A stretch of 64,000 nt of DNA, from NCBI GenBank assembly GCA_950097015.1, contig CATNEN010000005.1, forward strand, positions 1,488,001 to 1,552,000, in the 5' to 3' direction. Of this stretch, positions 41,001 to 51,561 are shown piece by piece. Under the pieces are notes generated by a model that was given only the letters and a program-made list of their open reading frames with translations, had not been told where the DNA came from and did not search any database. The DNA comes from Macrostomum hystrix (Eukaryota > Animalia > Platyhelminthes). Made by a program: the position numbers and the translations under genes. Position 1 is the first letter of the stretch. Each line of letters starts with the position of its first letter.

Positions 41001-43075
41001 GCTCTGCCACCCGTTATGTCAGACTTATTAATATCCTAAATCTTGGCTAAATCTCCTAGATTTCAATTTAGGTCAGTCTATAAGGGCATAACCATTATTT
41101 TGAATCTGTGTTTATCTCTGAATTTCTATTTCAAGGTCACTAAAAATCCACAAGGAATATTGTATTCTGTTTTCTGTACGAGCTCGTATCTTTCGCATCG
41201 TAAACAATGAGAAACGACAGCTAGGAACTCACCTGGCACTGGCAAATATCTCATCAAATCGCTGCTTGACCAGTTTGCCCTCCATAAGTGGCCAATTAGA
41301 TTCCTCCTGGTGACAGAAGATAACATATTCTAGCACCGGTTTGGAAACGCCAAGGCTAATAGCCAGTTCCGCATCGATACTAGTGCACTTCTGATTCAGA
41401 CTCTGCACCTGGCCATTCGGTAGGCTGCGCTTTATTGTGGCATCCAAGGTGCGAACTGTCACAGTGCGCTGATGCTGCTTCTGGGTGGCTTCTAGACTGC
41501 GCGTGACGATCATCTGCTGCTTGAAGACGTCCATCATTTTGAGGCCAACCTTAGGAGAAATCGGTGTGGAGCGAATGAAAAAAAATTCTGTGACAGGTGA
41601 TAAAAATAGTAAAAAAAAATTTCAAATGAGCATTGGAGTGATTTGTCTTAAAAATCACGTGACAACTGGTCGTGAAACAAAAAATACAGCGTTTAGAGTT
41701 TCACGTGACATTGACACTGACCTTGAACTTGACACTAAAAACACCGCGTTTAGAGTTGTTTCACGCGTGACACACTTGACCTTGACACTCAAAACACCGC
41801 GTTTAGAGTTGTTTCACGCGTGACACACTTGACCTTGACACTCAAAACACCGCGTTTAGAGTTGTTTCACGCGTGACACACTTGACCTTGACACTCAAAA
41901 CACCGCGTTTAGAGTTGTTTCACGCGTGACACACTTGACCTTGACACTAAAAACACCGCGTTTAGAGTTGTTTCACGCGTGACACACTTGACCTTGACAC
42001 TAAAAACACCGCGTTTAGAGTTGTTTCACGCGTGACATACTTGACCTTGACACTAAAAACACCGCGTTTAGAGTTGTTTCACGCGTGACACACTTGGCCT
42101 TGACACTAAAAAACACCGCGTTTAGAGTTGTTTCACGCGTGACACACTTGGCCTTGACACTAAAAAACACCGCGTTTAGAGTTGTTTCACGCGTGACACA
42201 CTTGGCCTTGACACTAAAAAACACCGCGTTTAGAGTTGTTTCACGCGTGACACACTTGACCTTGACACTAAAAACACCGGGTTCAGAGTTTCACGCGTGA
42301 CACACGTGACCTTGACACTAAAAACACCGGGTTCAGAGTTTCACGCGTGACACACGTGACCTTGACACTAAAAACACCGGGTTCAGAGTTTCAGGCGTGA
42401 CACACGTGACCTTGACACTAAAAACACCGGGTTCAGAGTTTCAGGCGTGACACACTTGGCCTTGACACTAAAAAACACCGCGTTTACAGTTTCACGCGTG
42501 ACACACTTGAACTTAACACAAAAAACACCGGGCTTAGAGTTTCACGCGTGACACACTTAAAATTGCCATACAACCATGATGATAGTGTAGAAACGAAAAA
42601 CGCATGACATTCAGCCAGAAACATTTAATATTTCTACAGTCTGAAGAGCTGGCGATTTGGTTCTTGTTTCAGAAGATGCGCAACTAAAATTTGGCCCATG
42701 TTCTTGAGTTTCATGTGCATGAGTTGTTCTGTTTGGGTGCAGCAAAAATTGTCAGAGGGAATTCCCGCTCCTAGGTAGTTCTACTGTTAATGCTGTCCAT
42801 TTTTCTGATACCAATAATAGTAAGAATAGTATTACCTTAGCTCGAATAGTAGCCTCAGTAGTCAGTTTAGGATCATGCACAAATGATCCATTAGTTTTAG
42901 CTCCAGGCGGTAATTCACCTGTGGTGGCATACTTCAGGCACTCAATAATGGTGGTTTTACCGGCACCATTGGCGCCAACAATTAATGTAACTGGACGAAT
43001 GAAGTCAATCTTTTGTGGCCGGCTAGGTTCAAAGCTTCGAATGCCTTGAATGCTCAGTGTTTCTATTAGGGACAT
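23047..43075 (-). CDS. RAD50: DNA repair protein RAD50 (SMC-family ABC ATPase of the MRN complex), complete, 11 exons, about 1356 aa
   Basis: Exons: 42836-43075, 41233-41549, 40270-40525, 30616-31024, 28192-28544, 27713-27883, 26698-27083, 25736-26393, 24779-25435, 23916-24215, 23047-23370. All are GT-AG with consistent phases and sum to 4071 nt. Motifs: [15 protein letters not shown], Walker [21 protein letters not shown], zinc hook CALC, signature RGRCSAGQK, Walker B/D-loop [12 protein letters not shown]-loop VITHD. Confidence 0.97.
23640..23875. repeat. 21-bp repeat AAAAGTGCAGATGAACTTTTT, last RAD50 intron
   Basis: About 8 copies. Confidence 0.9.
24290..24740. repeat. Degenerate (GACA)n-based compound repeat, RAD50 intron 9
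   Basis: ACAGACAGGCAAACTGACAGACAT-type units. Confidence 0.92.
26420..26600. repeat. 17-bp repeat GATCCCAACCAATTTCA, RAD50 intron 7
   Basis: 4-5 clear copies plus decayed ones. Confidence 0.8.
27140..27390. repeat. 66-bp repeat with two TGACGTCA palindromes per unit, RAD50 intron 6
   Basis: TGACGTCA at 27148, 27172, 27231, 27274, 27297, 27340, 27363. Confidence 0.9.
27450..27690 (-). mobile_element. tRNA-derived SINE, family A, diverged copy (RAD50 intron 6)
   Basis: Shares gagcacacacgc, tgtacatctgccctga, gcagtgtacactctca.tgtgccttgga.gttggccct and gcgtaaattgcacgacaag with the other copies; the head is decayed. Confidence 0.72.
28650..30500. repeat. 25-bp minisatellite TGGTACACTAGAATGGGATTTCTAA in two blocks (about 28655-29200 and 29405-30500), RAD50 intron 4
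   Basis: The two blocks sit within a duplicated intron body. Confidence 0.96.
31065..40263. repeat. 26-bp satellite GGGATTCTGATCAGCTAACTATACTA, about 9.2 kb and about 350 copies, RAD50 intron 3
   Basis: Fills intron 31025-40269 from 6 nt after the donor to about 40 nt before the acceptor. Confidence 0.98.
40675..41010 (-). mobile_element. tRNA-derived SINE, family A (best-preserved copy, RAD50 intron 2)
   Basis: The - strand head GGGTGGCAGAGCGGTCTAACGCG...GAGCTCGATTCC has A- and B-box-like motifs. The body (gcagtgtacactctcactgtgccttggaggttggcc...aattgcacgacaa) recurs at about 14035-14350 and 27450-27690. Confidence 0.8.
41700..42560. repeat. 53-54-bp minisatellite with TCACGCGTGA and TGACCTTGA, RAD50 intron 1
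   Basis: About 15-16 copies. Confidence 0.95.
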
Positions 43076-44241
43076 TGCCACTAATTCAGCAACAATTTAT
43101 AGATAGAAAAATATAAATAGATAGGCTGCAATAGTAGTAAACCAAAAAGGAGTGAATTATTATTAAAATTCAGTTCACAGATAAAACTTCATACATTTTA
43201 CAGTTGTTTTAGATATTTTGATAACAACAGTTTTTAGTACTAAGTATTAGCAAAGCTTTCACTAATTAGTTTCTTATGTCAACTATAGATTAATGAAGAA
43301 CTGTGTGCATTTTATAATCATGTAAAATTTAGGTGCTAGAATGATTTTTATGGTTTCAATATCTAAAAAGGATTTCAATAAATTTTGTTAAAGCAACTAG
43401 ACTCCTTAGAATGTTTTTTAAGAGGTTGGTGCATTTATAACAATGTGTATAATTTCATAGTTTGTTTTGCCAAACTATATAAACATTTTTGTAAGCCAAT
43501 CTTGCAACTGAGACAAGTGTATTGAGGGATTGGATAACAAAAGTTTTTTTGGTTGTTTTGTGAACAAACATCCCTTTAATGTAAACAAGAGAAATAATAC
43601 ATTGAAGGAATCAAATAGTTAAAGTGAGGCGAAGAAATCAAGTAATACAAGGAGAATCCATAGAAATCCCAAGGCAATTAGATACAGTAGATCTTTGAGG
43701 GATTCTGGGCTAATGATTAATAAAACAAACCAGATTAGTTTTGCTTGGCTACCAAAATTGGTAGATTTGCTGGAAATGAGTACATTACAATTTTTTTAAT
43801 ATGACACACTCTGCACAACCCTATTGGATTTTTGCACAAAGATTACATATAGACACACGAAATTTTCATCATTTACAATAATTAGCAATAAAGAAACAAT
43901 TAACAAAAAATAATAAAGTAAATATAGTCCCCTAGCAAATGTTGCTTTATGTCCACATTGTGCCAACCAGCTTAGCCTAAAATATAGTAGTATATTATTA
44001 AATAACTAGCTTTTTTGCCCGTTGTTTTTGGGGCAGAAATTTAAAGCAAAGCAGTAAGCAATTCACGTCTCTGTATTAACTTTATAGTGAAGGTCACCAT
44101 TTATTTATTTACTGCATTAATGAAAAGTAAAGAGTTTGTTTAAGGGCGTTTTAAGTAAAAAATAAGTGAAAAGTTTGTCCAAACAGCCCCCTCTTGATTA
44201 CTTCTTTAGAAACATGTCTCTTAGCCACTCCTCTATACAGT

Positions 44242-44454
44242 CAGTGGCAGATCCAGGAATTTTGTTTTGGGGCGGTCTGTCAGGGGAGCGCCATGAGAAT
44301 CACAGAGGGGGTGCCAGCAGCCGAAAAAGGGCGCCAGGAGCCAAGAAAGGGCGCCAGTGCTGCGACTGGCGCCCCTGGTGGGGGCATCTTATTCCCATGA
44401 TTAAAATTTTGGGGGGGGCGACTGCCCCCCGCCCCCCCCCTAAATCTGCTTCTG
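44242..44454. mobile_element. MITE (hAT-type by its 8-bp TSD) nested in the Helitron, 213 bp
   Basis: Imperfect terminal inverted repeats CAGTGGCAGATCCAG / CTAAATCTGCTTCTG, flanked by an exact 8-bp direct repeat TATACAGT (44234-44241 and 44455-44462). Confidence 0.8.
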
Positions 44455-44606
44455 TATACAGTATGCATGTACACGCGTATACATAAGGAAAATAGCCATG
44501 GCATAACAATAACAATGTCAAAGAAACAAAATTAAACTGTTTCAGAGTTCAGAGTTAGACAGGTCAAGGTCAATTTGTGACTACTTTTCTATTAATTGCT
44601 TGCGAG

Positions 44607-45230
44607 TCACCTCAAGGCCTGGGGATACACCACATTCTTCGTTCTTCCCCTTGGTGCGAAAATGAATAGGCCAGCTGGAGTTCCAACACGGGAGCAGGCA
44701 ACATAAAGCTGCCCATGCAAGAAGCAAGGAGTCTCCAGGTTGATGCCAGCCACCTTCAGCGACTGTCCCTGAGCCTTGTTAATAGTCATCGCAAAGCACA
44801 CTCTCACAGCCACAGGGAACTGCAGTCGCTTGAACTGAAATGGCAGGTCCGTGGGGATAATTGGAATCCGGGGAACGAACACAGACTCTCCTCTGCCAGA
44901 TCCAGTCATTATCGTGGCCTCAATCACGTGTGGGAAGAGCCGCCTGACTATCAGTCTGGTGCCGTTACACAGCCTTGGTGCATTCATGTTGCGGAGGAGC
45001 ATAATTGGTGCCCCAACTTTCAGCTGCAAGTTGTGCGATGGAGTTCCAGGAGGATCTAGAGAGTTCAGAAACTCAACAGGATACTCCACAGCGGTGTCAT
45101 CAGTCAACGTTGTATCAATTGACTTGTAGGTGAAAACTGCACCTGGCAACTCCTGAAGCAGTTGGTAGTTAACTTCGTTGGCGGCATCATTTCTAGGACA
45201 CAGAATTGCCCTCTCTGACAGCCAGTCAAC
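44607..45230 (-). pseudogene. Helitron RepHel PIF1-family (SF1B) helicase C-terminal fragment
   Basis: DWLSERAILCPRN...YKSIDT...EFLNSLDPPGTPSHNLQLKVGAPIMLLRN...LCNGTRL...FKRLQFPV..CFAMTINKAQGQSL...HGQLYVACSRV...TKNVVY*. No Walker A/B and no Rep HUH/Y2 domain upstream, so it is truncated. Confidence 0.9.
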
Positions 45231-46793
45231 GCCAGCCTCTCTCTTTCTTCTATCCCAGGCTGGCTGGAGAGAAATATTGACCGGAGAGCCCTGCGCACTG
45301 GGACGCCACCGCACTCACCGCACTCAGTCTCAGTGCTGCTTGGGGGCAAGTAGACAGTCTAGGGGTTTGGGCTATGTACATTCACAGCTTGAAATACAAT
45401 GTACAGTCTGGGGCTTCAGCGCCCGGGGAAGGGAGGGGGTGGCTGTAATAAAATTTGGCCCGCAGAGTGGCAGAGGGGAGTTGGGGTGGCTGTAATAAAA
45501 TTTGGCCCGCAGAGTGGCAGAGGGGAGTTGGGGTGGCTGTCCTCGGAAAACAAAAAGTGACTCACTTTGAGATGATGCAGCTTTGCTCTGGATTGAGTAG
45601 AGATGTTCAAAATTGCAGCATTGTTGGAAAACAATGGAATTTACTTGGAAGTGTAAGTGGATCAAATTTGGAGAAAATCTGACAAAGTGAGGCAACGATA
45701 TGTTGAATTGAGTGATTTTTTGACGATTTTTGAGCAGTTTTTTGCACTTTTGAGCAGGAATGAAATGATTTTTCGGGAATTTGAGTAGCCTATTGCACTC
45801 AGCGTAGGTGGTTTTAGGTATGTGCAAAGTTTGGTGCGATTTGGTTGAGCGGTTTCAGCGTCTATAAAGACAAAAGGTTGCACACACACAGACAGACAGA
45901 CAGAGTTTTCACTTTTATATATATAGATTAATGTATTATAATTAAGTTATAGTTTCCTAATGATAGGCTAAAATAATGTAATAGCACGCTGCTTAGCTAA
46001 CTAGGACAAGGATTTCTCTGAATTCTAGAAAATGAATTTGCTGGCTTAGCCTAATCAAAAAGTAATGTACAATCTACATGCAATGGTCAACAGAAGCTGT
46101 TGAATTTTTCTGCTATACTAAATGCTAGGAATTTGCACTATTAAATATACTGATGTCTGCGTTATAAAATACAACAGCTAATAATTAGTTAGGCATAGTC
46201 ATTTAATTTCACTGCAGTCGAAAAATATTGAATAAAGCAAAAAAATAAACTTGTCAAAACAGAAAAGAAGTTAGGCTAGGCCCTAATAAAATTATTGAGA
46301 ACGGCAAAACTCAAAATACATTCGTCATTGTGTTGTGAACTTGTGAAATATTTTTCATTTTTAGATGCTACCTACTTATAGTTATGTTTACTGTGGTTGA
46401 ATAAAAGAATTTTACATTATCGTCACACTCACAGCGGAAGCGAACAACTATATTTTATCTATGGAAATGTCACGTGCACACTTTTAACCATGCATGCAGT
46501 TCTCAATTTAAAATAGGACGAAAGTGTTACACAATAACAAATCGTTTTTTACTTCTGCCCAATTGCTTTCAATAAATTAGCTAGTTAGTTTCGGAAACAT
46601 ATGAATCTCAGTATATAAAAAAACTATTTAATTAAGAGGAATAAAACTATTATCATATGTATGTTTCTATGTAAACCTGATTTTATGAAAGCTTCAATTT
46701 TTAAATACATTCCATTTTCTCTCGAATTCAAAGCTACGACGATTAAGTACGAGATTTATATTTTCAGCTCTTAATCACAATCAAAAAGCTTAA

Positions 46794-49700
46794 ATGGTAA
46801 GTGTCTGATCAAATTTACATTTTCGTGTTTTTCAAATATACATTCTTCAGCTCTCATCTAACTTTATATAAACTCTACTAGTACCAACTTAGTCTTCGTC
46901 ATGAATTTGTGTCTAGTGAATATTTATTGGTTTTAGTATGCATTTCTCATAAAAAGAAACACGTAATTCAGCTTTCATCTGCTTAGAATTTTTTTCGTTT
47001 CCTAATAATGGATAAAGACTATTAAAAATTGGTGTACATTTATGTATAAATTAAATTTATGCAATTGTTAGAGATTAGAGATAATTGTCTTCTAAGTTGA
47101 TTATGCACAACAATAATAATAAAAATATTTATAGATATATAGAATAATAAGTCGAATAGTATTTGCTATCTGTTATTATGTTGAAAAGGCATTTAAATAT
47201 GCCTTTGGCTTTACATGCAGTTTTTCCCACTAGATAGTCGTTTGCATACGTCATTGTTAATAATCATAACGCAAAACATTACCTTTCGAAAATAATTTCA
47301 GGGCAAGAAAGGAAAAAAGGGAAAGAAGTCGGGCAAGAAGGGCAAGAAGTCGGGAAAGTCCAAGACCCCGACAGTCATCGATGGCATGTCTACTGCGGAG
47401 ATGTCAAAGGAGGACCTGGAGGAGCATGTTACCCGCATCCGAGATGAGCTTCAGCGCGAGCGAGAGGAGCGCAACTACTTCCAGTTGGAACGAGACAAGA
47501 TCAACACGTTCTGGGAGATCACTAAGCGTCAACTGGAAGAGAAGAAGGCCGAGCTGCGCAACAAAGATCGCGAGATGGAGGACGCCGAAGAGCGACATCA
47601 GCTCGAGATCAAAGTCTACAAGCAGAAGGTGAAGCATCTGCTCTACGAGCATCAAAACAATATTTCAGAGTTGAAGGCTGAGAACACGGTGCAGCTGAAG
47701 CTAGCTCAGGACGAGCATCGCGACGAAGAATCCGAACTCAAGAAGGACAAGCGTCGCCTGAAGGTTGATCTGAAAGAGCAGGAGATGTCTAATCAGCAGT
47801 CCGTGAAGGAGCTGAAGCGGCACTACGAGGCCCACCTGACTGAAGTGAGAAACGATTTCGAGCGTCAGGCTCAGGAAATTGAGCAGAAATACGAGAAGAA
47901 GATGCGCCAACTGCGCGATGAGATGGACCTGCGACGCAAGACAGAAATTCACGAGGTCGAGGAGCGCAAGAACGACCAGATCAACACCCTGATGAAGAAC
48001 CACGAAAAGGCGTTCAGCGATATCAAGAACTATTACAACGACATTACGCTGAACAATTTGGCGTTGATCAACACTCTAAAAGAAAAGATCGACGAGATGA
48101 AGGCCAAGGAGGATCGGCTCGAGAAGCAGATGGCCGAGGTTATGTCCGAGAACCGACGACTGAGCGAGCCGCTTCGCCAAGCTCAGGAGGAGAACACAGA
48201 GCTCAAGCGAATTCTGGCCAACTACGAGAAGGACAAGCAGAGCCTGAAGAATGCCAAGGCGCGCATCAAAATGATGGAGGCCGAGAGGAAGAAGCTCGAA
48301 TGGGAGCACGAGGTGTTGGATCAGCGGTTTGAGAAGGTGAGAGCTAATTTATAGAGTCCAATTTATGGTTTCCGTTGCCGTGCAATTTAAAAAATGCCAC
48401 CGAATTTTTTCAGCTTCAAGAAGAGCGAGACGAACTTTATCGCAAATTCGAGAAGGCCATACATGAGGTGCAGCAGAAGAGCGGCTTGAAGAACATCTTG
48501 TTGGAGAGAAAGCTGGGCACACTGGCTGACACTCTGGAGAAGAAGGACGCCCAGCTGAACGAGGTTCTGTCGGCTTCGAATTTGGATCCGACGGCGCTCA
48601 CGGTGGTGACCAGAAAATTGGAGGTGAGTGATTTGAAAACCATTGTGACAGTCAACTGATTTGTTTGAATTATTGCGATAAGATCAAGCGATTGTTCACG
48701 CAGATTGTTGATAAGAATAATAACAAATTATTTATTGGGTCAAATGTGCAGCCCAAAGCACAGTCGCAGCTATTGCTGATCTCTCCCGTGTCTCATCTCT
48801 CTGCCGTGTCTCATCTCTCTCCCGTGTCTCATCTCTCCCGTGTCTCATCTCTCCCGTGCATCATCTCTCCCGTGTCTCATCTCTCTCCCGTGTCTCATCT
48901 CTCCCGTGTCTCATCTCTCCCGTGTCTCATCTCTCTCCCGTGTCTCATCTCTCCCGTGTCTCATCTCACTCCCGTGTCTCATCTCTCCCGTGTCTCATCT
49001 CTCTCGTGCATCATCTCTCCCGTGTCTCATCTCTCTCCCGTGTCTCATCTCTCCGTGTCTCATCTCTCTCCCGTGTCTCATCTCTCCCGTGTCTCATCTC
49101 TCCCGTGTCTCATCTCTCTCCCGTGTCTCATCTCTCCCGTGTCTCATCTCTCCCGTGTCTCATCTCTCCCGTGTCTCATCTCTCCCGTGTCTCATCTCTC
49201 CCGTGTCTCATCTTTCCCGTGTCTCATCTCTCCCGTGTCTCATCTCTCCCGTGTCTCATCTCTCCCGTGTCTCATCTTTCCCGTGTCTCATCTCTCCCGT
49301 GTCTCATCTCTCCCGTGTCTCATCTCTCCCGTGTCTCATCTCTCCCGTGTCTCATCTCTCTCCCGTGTCTCATCTCTCCCGTGTCTCATCTCTCTCCCGT
49401 GTCTCATCTCTCCCGTGTCTCATCTCTCTCCCGTGTCTCATCTCTCCCGTGTCTCATCTTTCCCGTGTCTCATCTCTCTCGGTCTAATTGTTCCTGTGTT
49501 TCATCTCCCCCTGCCTTATCTTTATCTGTCTTCTGTCCCCATGTCTATCTCCAGTCTCATCTCTTCGTGTCTTATTTTTTCTTGTGTTATCTCATTCACC
49601 AGTTGCGTATACGGCCGTTCAGTCTATGGACTGGGGTGCGCCGTACTAACTCTTATTTTTACTAGCTAACTCTTGTACCCATTTAACAGCTGGGTGAACT

Positions 49701-50086
49701 GAAGCAATGCAGAGTCAAACTGTCTTGCTAAAATACACAAATAATTCTATTTGAGTCGCGAATCGAACCCCCGACCTTTGAAATTGTCAAGTCCGACGCT
49801 CTACCGACTAGCCTACAACACCCATTGTTGTCTCTACTAAATTAATTATTATTCGTCAACCCAATCTTAGGACGTTCTGGACTCGAAGAACAGTGCCATC
49901 AAAGACTTGCAGTACGAACTGGCTAGGGTCTGCAAGGCGCACAATGACCTATTGAGAACATACGAGGCCAAGCTCAGACAGTACGGCATTCCTGTTGAAG
50001 AGCTGGGCTTCAAACCGCTCGAGTCTACAGTTGGCGGTCAGCAATTGGGCCACGGACCAGCTGGGCTAGTGTCCGCACCGCCATAG
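46794..50086 (+). CDS. GAS8: Growth arrest-specific 8 / dynein regulatory complex subunit 4, about 487 aa
   Basis: Exons: 46794-46796 (ATG only, inferred), 47302-48336, 48414-48623, 49871-50086 (TAG). Translation has GKKGKK...[85 protein letters not shown], which match GAS8/DRC4. Confidence 0.96.
48775..49480. repeat. 16-bp family in opposite orientation (TCTCATCTCTCCCGTG), GAS8 intron 3
   Basis: Reverse complement of the unit at 2950-3580. Confidence 0.95.
49600..49823 (-). mobile_element. tRNA-derived SINE, family B, CORE-like (GAS8 intron 3)
   Basis: The - strand reads GTAGGCTAGTCGGTAGAGCG (A-box-like)...GGTTCGATTC (B-box)...TAGCAAGACAG..ACTCTGCATTGCTTCAGTTCACCCAGCTGTTAAATGGGTAC. The central part resembles the CORE domain of CORE-SINEs (from memory of the consensus). 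Confidence 0.75.
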
Positions 50087-50609
50087 CAACAGAAACTCGA
50101 CCAATGTCCCAACCCCGAAAAAAAAGATTGTCGTTATCCTAGGCAAAATTCAATACAATTCCAATTTGTGCGACAGAAATTAAAGTGTCTGAAGACGTGT
50201 CTAAAGAAATGCCGTCGATTCATTTAAACATAAATAACTGTCCTGTTTCGTTTTGGATGAGAAAAATGTCTGATGCAGAAACCGCGTTTTTTATTTTTTG
50301 TTATATTTAAATACTATGTATTTTGAATTGCTATGCTGTACTAATAATTTCTGTCTGATGCTTATTTTAATTTAGATCAGGAAAATCCGTTCTTTTCAAC
50401 GTTTGGAATAGTGGTCCGTGCTGACTTTTTAATTTAATATTTTCAAAAACACAATAAAAATTAAGCATCGAAAGATAAAGACTGCTACAGGTTACAATTT
50501 ACTAAAAAAGTATTTGATGCTCTACCTGTTTTTTTACTGTGAAGTTGTTTACTTTTAAAATAATACCTATCAAGATACGTGGCGTAGACACAGCGACAGG
50601 GAGAGATTA

Positions 50610-51200
50610 GACAATGGAGAATGAGACAGGGGAGAGATGAGACCGGGAAGAGATGAGACCGGGGAGAGATGAGACACGGGATAGATGAGACAGGAGAGAG
50701 ATGAGACAGTGGAGAGATGAGACATGGGAGAGATGAGACTTAGAGATGAGACAGGGGAGAGATGACACGGAGAGATGAGACCGGGGAGAGATGAGACCGG
50801 GGAGAGATGAGACCGGGGAGAGATGAGACCGGGGAGAGATGAGATATTGGAGAGAAGAGACAGGGAAGAGATGAGACAGTGGAGTGATGAGACAGGGAGA
50901 GATGAGACAGGGGAGAGATGAGACAGGGGAGAGATGAGACTTAGAGATGAGACAGGGGAGAGATGAGACGGAGAGATGAGACAGGGGAGAGATGAGACAG
51001 TGGAGTGATGAGACAGGGGAGAGATGAGACAGGCAGAGATGAGACAGGGGAGTGATGAGACAGGGGAGAGATGAGACACGGGAGAGATGAGACACGGGGC
51101 AGATGAGACACGGGGCAGATGAGACACGGGAGAGAGATTAGACACGGGGCAGATGAGACACGGGAGAGAGATGAGACACGGGGGAGATGAGACACTGGAT
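50610..51200. repeat. 16-bp family, diverged (GGGGAGAGATGAGACA), between GAS8 and the M6PR-like gene
   Basis: Read directly. Confidence 0.93.
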
Positions 51201-51561
51201 CTCTTAGCAACACGAAATTTAAACATATTATTTGAGAAAGTTCAGTATCCAGACAGCTATATTTTATATTCAACCGCACACAATTATTCAAACTGATAAG
51301 AGTCACAAAGTGTCACAGAACAGGTCATTTATGCAAATCTATATGTACACTGAGTCTTACACTAGCATATAGGCATAGATTGCCAGCTAGATTGAAATAG
51401 TTTTGGAAATGTTAAAGTTTGCGCTATGCACAGAGTTCAACAAAAAAGAGTCATATAGCTTTAAAGAGAGATTAAAATTAAACAGTTTGCCAATAGAAGA
51501 GCGGCATAGAGGCTCTGCTAGCAGCGTTAATTCTATTGATTAGGAGAGCCAATAAAAATCA

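Larger units (their letters stand above)
44006..45927 (-). mobile_element. Non-autonomous Helitron derivative (1922 bp)
   Basis: On the - strand it begins a|TCTATATATATAAAAGTG (5' TC) followed by a (TGTC)n microsatellite. It ends ...TGCCC-N10-GGGCA AAAAAG CTAG|t (subterminal hairpin, 3' CTAG). It is inserted between A and T with no TSD and contains a same-strand PIF1 helicase fragment. Confidence 0.85.

Noticed and set aside
19390-42560. Regular repeats of 22-57 bp resembling CRISPR arrays
   Set aside because: Units are head-to-tail with no unique spacers, there are no cas genes, and the context is eukaryotic.
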